Shown here piece after piece: positions 61,268-64,000 of a stretch of DNA of 64,000 nt. The stretch is from positions 62,001 to 126,000 of the forward strand of contig NW_019028982.1 of the NCBI RefSeq assembly GCF_002105155.1, given 5' to 3'. The DNA comes from Lobosporangium transversale (lineage: Eukaryota). Within the stretch, counting starts at the first letter, position 1. Each line of letters starts with the position of its first letter. The notes beneath the pieces were generated by a model. It did no database searches. It was given only the letters and a program-made list of their open reading frames with translations, and was not told the origin of the DNA. Both the position numbers and the translations under genes were made by a program.

Positions 61268-63514
61268 ATGAATTCTTCATCTCATGCATCAACACAATTG
61301 CGGGCACGGGCCATGAACCCACTGACAGTGCCAGAGCTTCGTCTAGCTGTAGGTCGCTATCTAGCGACCCGCGATATCCTTGTCTGCATTCTGGTCTGTC
61401 GTGAATGGTATCATGACTTCAAGTCAATGCTTTATCACTCTATCCGCCTTGATGAACCAACCATCCGTCTCCTTCCACAAGCTGTCCTTCGTCAACATGC
61501 TCACCTTATTCAGCATTTGATTCTTATGGAACCAATGCGACTAACCCTGTCGACTCTCGAATCCTGGGTCACGCCCTTTAACAATAGCCTCATCTCTACT
61601 ATTGCAGCCACTGACTCGCTTCCACCACCGCCGCCATCTGGTTATTGTTGCAACCTACTCTCGCTCGAAATCCTTCCTTCTATCCTATTTCGCAAACATG
61701 TCTATGAACAGGTGCCCAGACATAGGATATGGACTGTAGGGACGGATCAGTACGACATTTTAAAGGACGACTTTTGGTGCCTACAGTCTATAGATGCTTG
61801 TATTCGTTTAATACAAAAGAATCCAAATCTGCACACCCTAACTGAAAATTGGGATGATATGTCATCATATCATCGGATTCGTTTTACAGACCGGCTCTGT
61901 CAGCTCGACAATCGGCTTGTCAGGTTGCATTTGAGCAAGTGGGAAGTCACTCCTGACAAACTGAACATGCTAATCGAACATTCACCCAAATTAGAGCTGA
62001 TTCGGTTCTCAAAGCTGGTCCTCAAAAAGAGCACAGGTGTTGGTGTAGGCTTGCATGCTGCGGAAGTCCAGTCCACGGCGGAAAGCCAAGACATTTCTAC
62101 TGCTTCAACAACAATAATGGATACTTCAACAGCGTCAATACTGAACCTCCGGCAGCTCAAAGTGTTTGCAATATCGCATGGTACATTTCAATTAAATGAC
62201 TTACTGATTAACGCACCCGAACTATATGCTCTCAGCATCTCATTCAGTCAAGCCAATTATTCTCAATCCACTGTCTCCAGTACCTACTTTCCTATATCTC
62301 CATCGTCTTTCACCCCTTCCTTTGGCTCCTATGGTCATCAACAGCAGCATCCTTATCAACACCACTCGCAACTCCCTCCTTCTTATCCACCTAGAGTCAA
62401 CTGGGATGCTCCAAAATTGAGAATGTTAATCTGCAACCGGACAGAAGCAAATGTAGCAACATCAACGCTCTTGAACACCCCTCAACATCTCCGGACTATT
62501 TCTTTCGCCAATTATGAGATTGAATCCAAATTGGTCTCACAGATCGTGGCTGCGCAAGGCCTACAATTGGAGAGTATTCGCCTAGCGTGCTTTTCCGGAA
62601 TTACAGGCCGAGATATTCGATTGATTTTGACGCGATGCCCTAACCTGGTCAGCCTTTATGCACCTGAGATCATGATGTATGCAGGCGACCTTGCACCTGC
62701 GACTATTGAAAAACCGACTTTATCAACCTCAATATCGTCACTACCATTATCCTATTCAAAAAGTACAACTACAGGCGTCGGAAATATTGAAGACTGGGCT
62801 TGTCAAAAACTAGAGCGGCTTTCTGTTTATATTTGTTTAGAACCAAATATGGGTGATGACGGACAATACGATGATCCTTATCAGTTCTGTATTGGTCATA
62901 AGGAGGACACACCATGCTCTTCCGCACAGGCATTTTCATCTTATGACGCTGCAGACAATTTCAACATCAAGGAAATGGATAAAGGGATAGCGCAGCAGCA
63001 AAAACATCCGCATCATCCACAAGAGCCACGACACCCACTGGTATATAGGCAGAAAGCGTACCGGACATCATCAACAGCAAACAAGCTATCCTATCAGTAT
63101 TGCCATTGCCGCCAAAATTATAACGTTGATGTACGGAATGCGTTCTTGGATCAGCTCTCAAAACTAACTCGACTCCAATATTTAGATTTGAGTGGTGAAC
63201 ATGTTGAGCAGGTAGACCATGTCCAAATCGGTCTTCCTTGGACTTTAGACGGCGGTATGGAAGGTCGGCTGGAAACGCTTCAAAATTTGGAGCATATTGC
63301 CGTAACGGGATGGGTTGAAGATATGGAAATCCGCGAGATTGCATGGATGAAACGATCATGGGCCAAATTGAGAAAAATTTCGTTACTCCAGGCTAATGGT
63401 ACCATGGATAAGGGTCGGTTCAAAGCCCTGTTAGCACGAGAGTGGCCTGAACTTGTTGTGCAGGATAAAAATCGGATGAATATACAGCATCCTCCGCTTT
63501 TGATATATCAATAA
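61268..63514 (+). CDS. F-box / leucine-rich repeat protein, intronless
   Basis: F-box NPLTVPELRLAVGRYLATRDILVCILVCREWYHDF; ILTRCPNLVSL, WACQKLERL, QLSKLTRLQYLDLS, LPWTLDGG..RLETL and EIAWMKRSW. Confidence 0.85.
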   Translation: MNSSSHASTQLRARAMNPLTVPELRLAVGRYLATRDILVCILVCREWYHDFKSMLYHSIRLDEPTIRLLPQAVLRQHAHLIQHLILMEPMRLTLSTLESWVTPFNNSLISTIAATDSLPPPPPSGYCCNLLSLEILPSILFRKHVYEQVPRHRIWTVGTDQYDILKDDFWCLQSIDACIRLIQKNPNLHTLTENWDDMSSYHRIRFTDRLCQLDNRLVRLHLSKWEVTPDKLNMLIEHSPKLELIRFSKLVLKKSTGVGVGLHAAEVQSTAESQDISTASTTIMDTSTASILNLRQLKVFAISHGTFQLNDLLINAPELYALSISFSQANYSQSTVSSTYFPISPSSFTPSFGSYGHQQQHPYQHHSQLPPSYPPRVNWDAPKLRMLICNRTEANVATSTLLNTPQHLRTISFANYEIESKLVSQIVAAQGLQLESIRLACFSGITGRDIRLILTRCPNLVSLYAPEIMMYAGDLAPATIEKPTLSTSISSLPLSYSKSTTTGVGNIEDWACQKLERLSVYICLEPNMGDDGQYDDPYQFCIGHKEDTPCSSAQAFSSYDAADNFNIKEMDKGIAQQQKHPHHPQEPRHPLVYRQKAYRTSSTANKLSYQYCHCRQNYNVDVRNAFLDQLSKLTRLQYLDLSGEHVEQVDHVQIGLPWTLDGGMEGRLETLQNLEHIAVTGWVEDMEIREIAWMKRSWAKLRKISLLQANGTMDKGRFKALLAREWPELVVQDKNRMNIQHPPLLIYQ

Positions 63515-63735
63515 ATAACAATGGTAATAATAAGGACACCAGTCTTATAGAACTAGCATTGTAGACTTCCCAGAGCCTGTAAATTTGCTTTTTGTCCCGT
63601 AACTTTTAAATAGCAACCACAAAAAAGAAGCGGGCATGGATCCTGAAACGAAGTTAATAATGCCATTAAACGCTGTCATTTCTAATGGCAATTCAGTAGC
63701 ATAGTAGTTGATTGTTATTATTATCTTGGGATCAA

Positions 63736-64000
63736 TTAATCATGCTCAAGATAGTATCCGCCATTTTCGTAGCCGTATTCATACCCCTCTTCTCTTCCCT
63801 CAAAGCATTGATCTTGCCTTTCTTTCTCTCCTCCATCAAAGTATTGATCTTCTTCTCCTTCTACTTGTGCTCCGCCAGCTTCCTCCTCTTTTCCATTTAC
63901 TCTTTCTGGGACCGCTACCAGATCACCAAAATATGCTGTCCATGCTTTACAAACATGATTCAGCACATTCTTCTCAATTTCGCAGGTATTCTCTGGCCCT
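63736..64000 (-). CDS. 3' end of a gene entering from the right edge (unknown protein with an acidic tail)
   Basis: The frame is open from the window edge (GPENTCEIEKNVLNHVCKAWTAYFGDL...) to a TAA stop at 63736. Confidence 0.5.
   Translation of the reverse strand, partial: GPENTCEIEKNVLNHVCKAWTAYFGDLVAVPERVNGKEEEAGGAQVEGEEDQYFDGGEKERQDQCFEGREEGYEYGYENGGYYLEHD

Noticed and set aside
1..64000. CRISPR arrays, rRNA genes, prokaryotic operons or endosymbiont DNA
   Set aside because: No repeat-spacer arrays or rRNA motifs were seen, and the genes have spliceosomal introns and eukaryotic identities throughout.

Overview
Intron-containing eukaryotic DNA from a fungus, most likely an early-diverging lineage such as Mortierellomycotina. 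That assignment is an inference from gene content, intronless F-box/LRR genes and very long A/T homopolymers. The window holds 14 host genes that can be assigned to families: a multi-Myb/trihelix protein, a bZIP factor, a CCDC6-like protein, a PCI-domain PCID2/Csn12-like protein, EME1/Mms4, ATP10, two F-box proteins, a rhodanese-domain MAPK phosphatase, a LIM protein, ATG101, TSC1/hamartin, DUF2461 and TAM41. It also has partial genes at both edges and a candidate secreted peptide precursor at about 18.5 kb. At about 56.8-60.4 kb a decayed transposon island places a Tc1/mariner transposase head-to-head with a two-gene PIF/Harbinger unit. The leads most worth checking are the Tc1-Harbinger composite (the Tc1 frameshift sits on an in-phase A_AAA_AAG heptamer), the signal/acidic/cationic-amphipathic-KR peptide precursor, the ATG101-TSC1 divergent pair, recurrent TnAn palindromes, and an isolated Pol III B-box in a long TAM41 intron. 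Exon boundaries were inferred by eye and no database searches were run.
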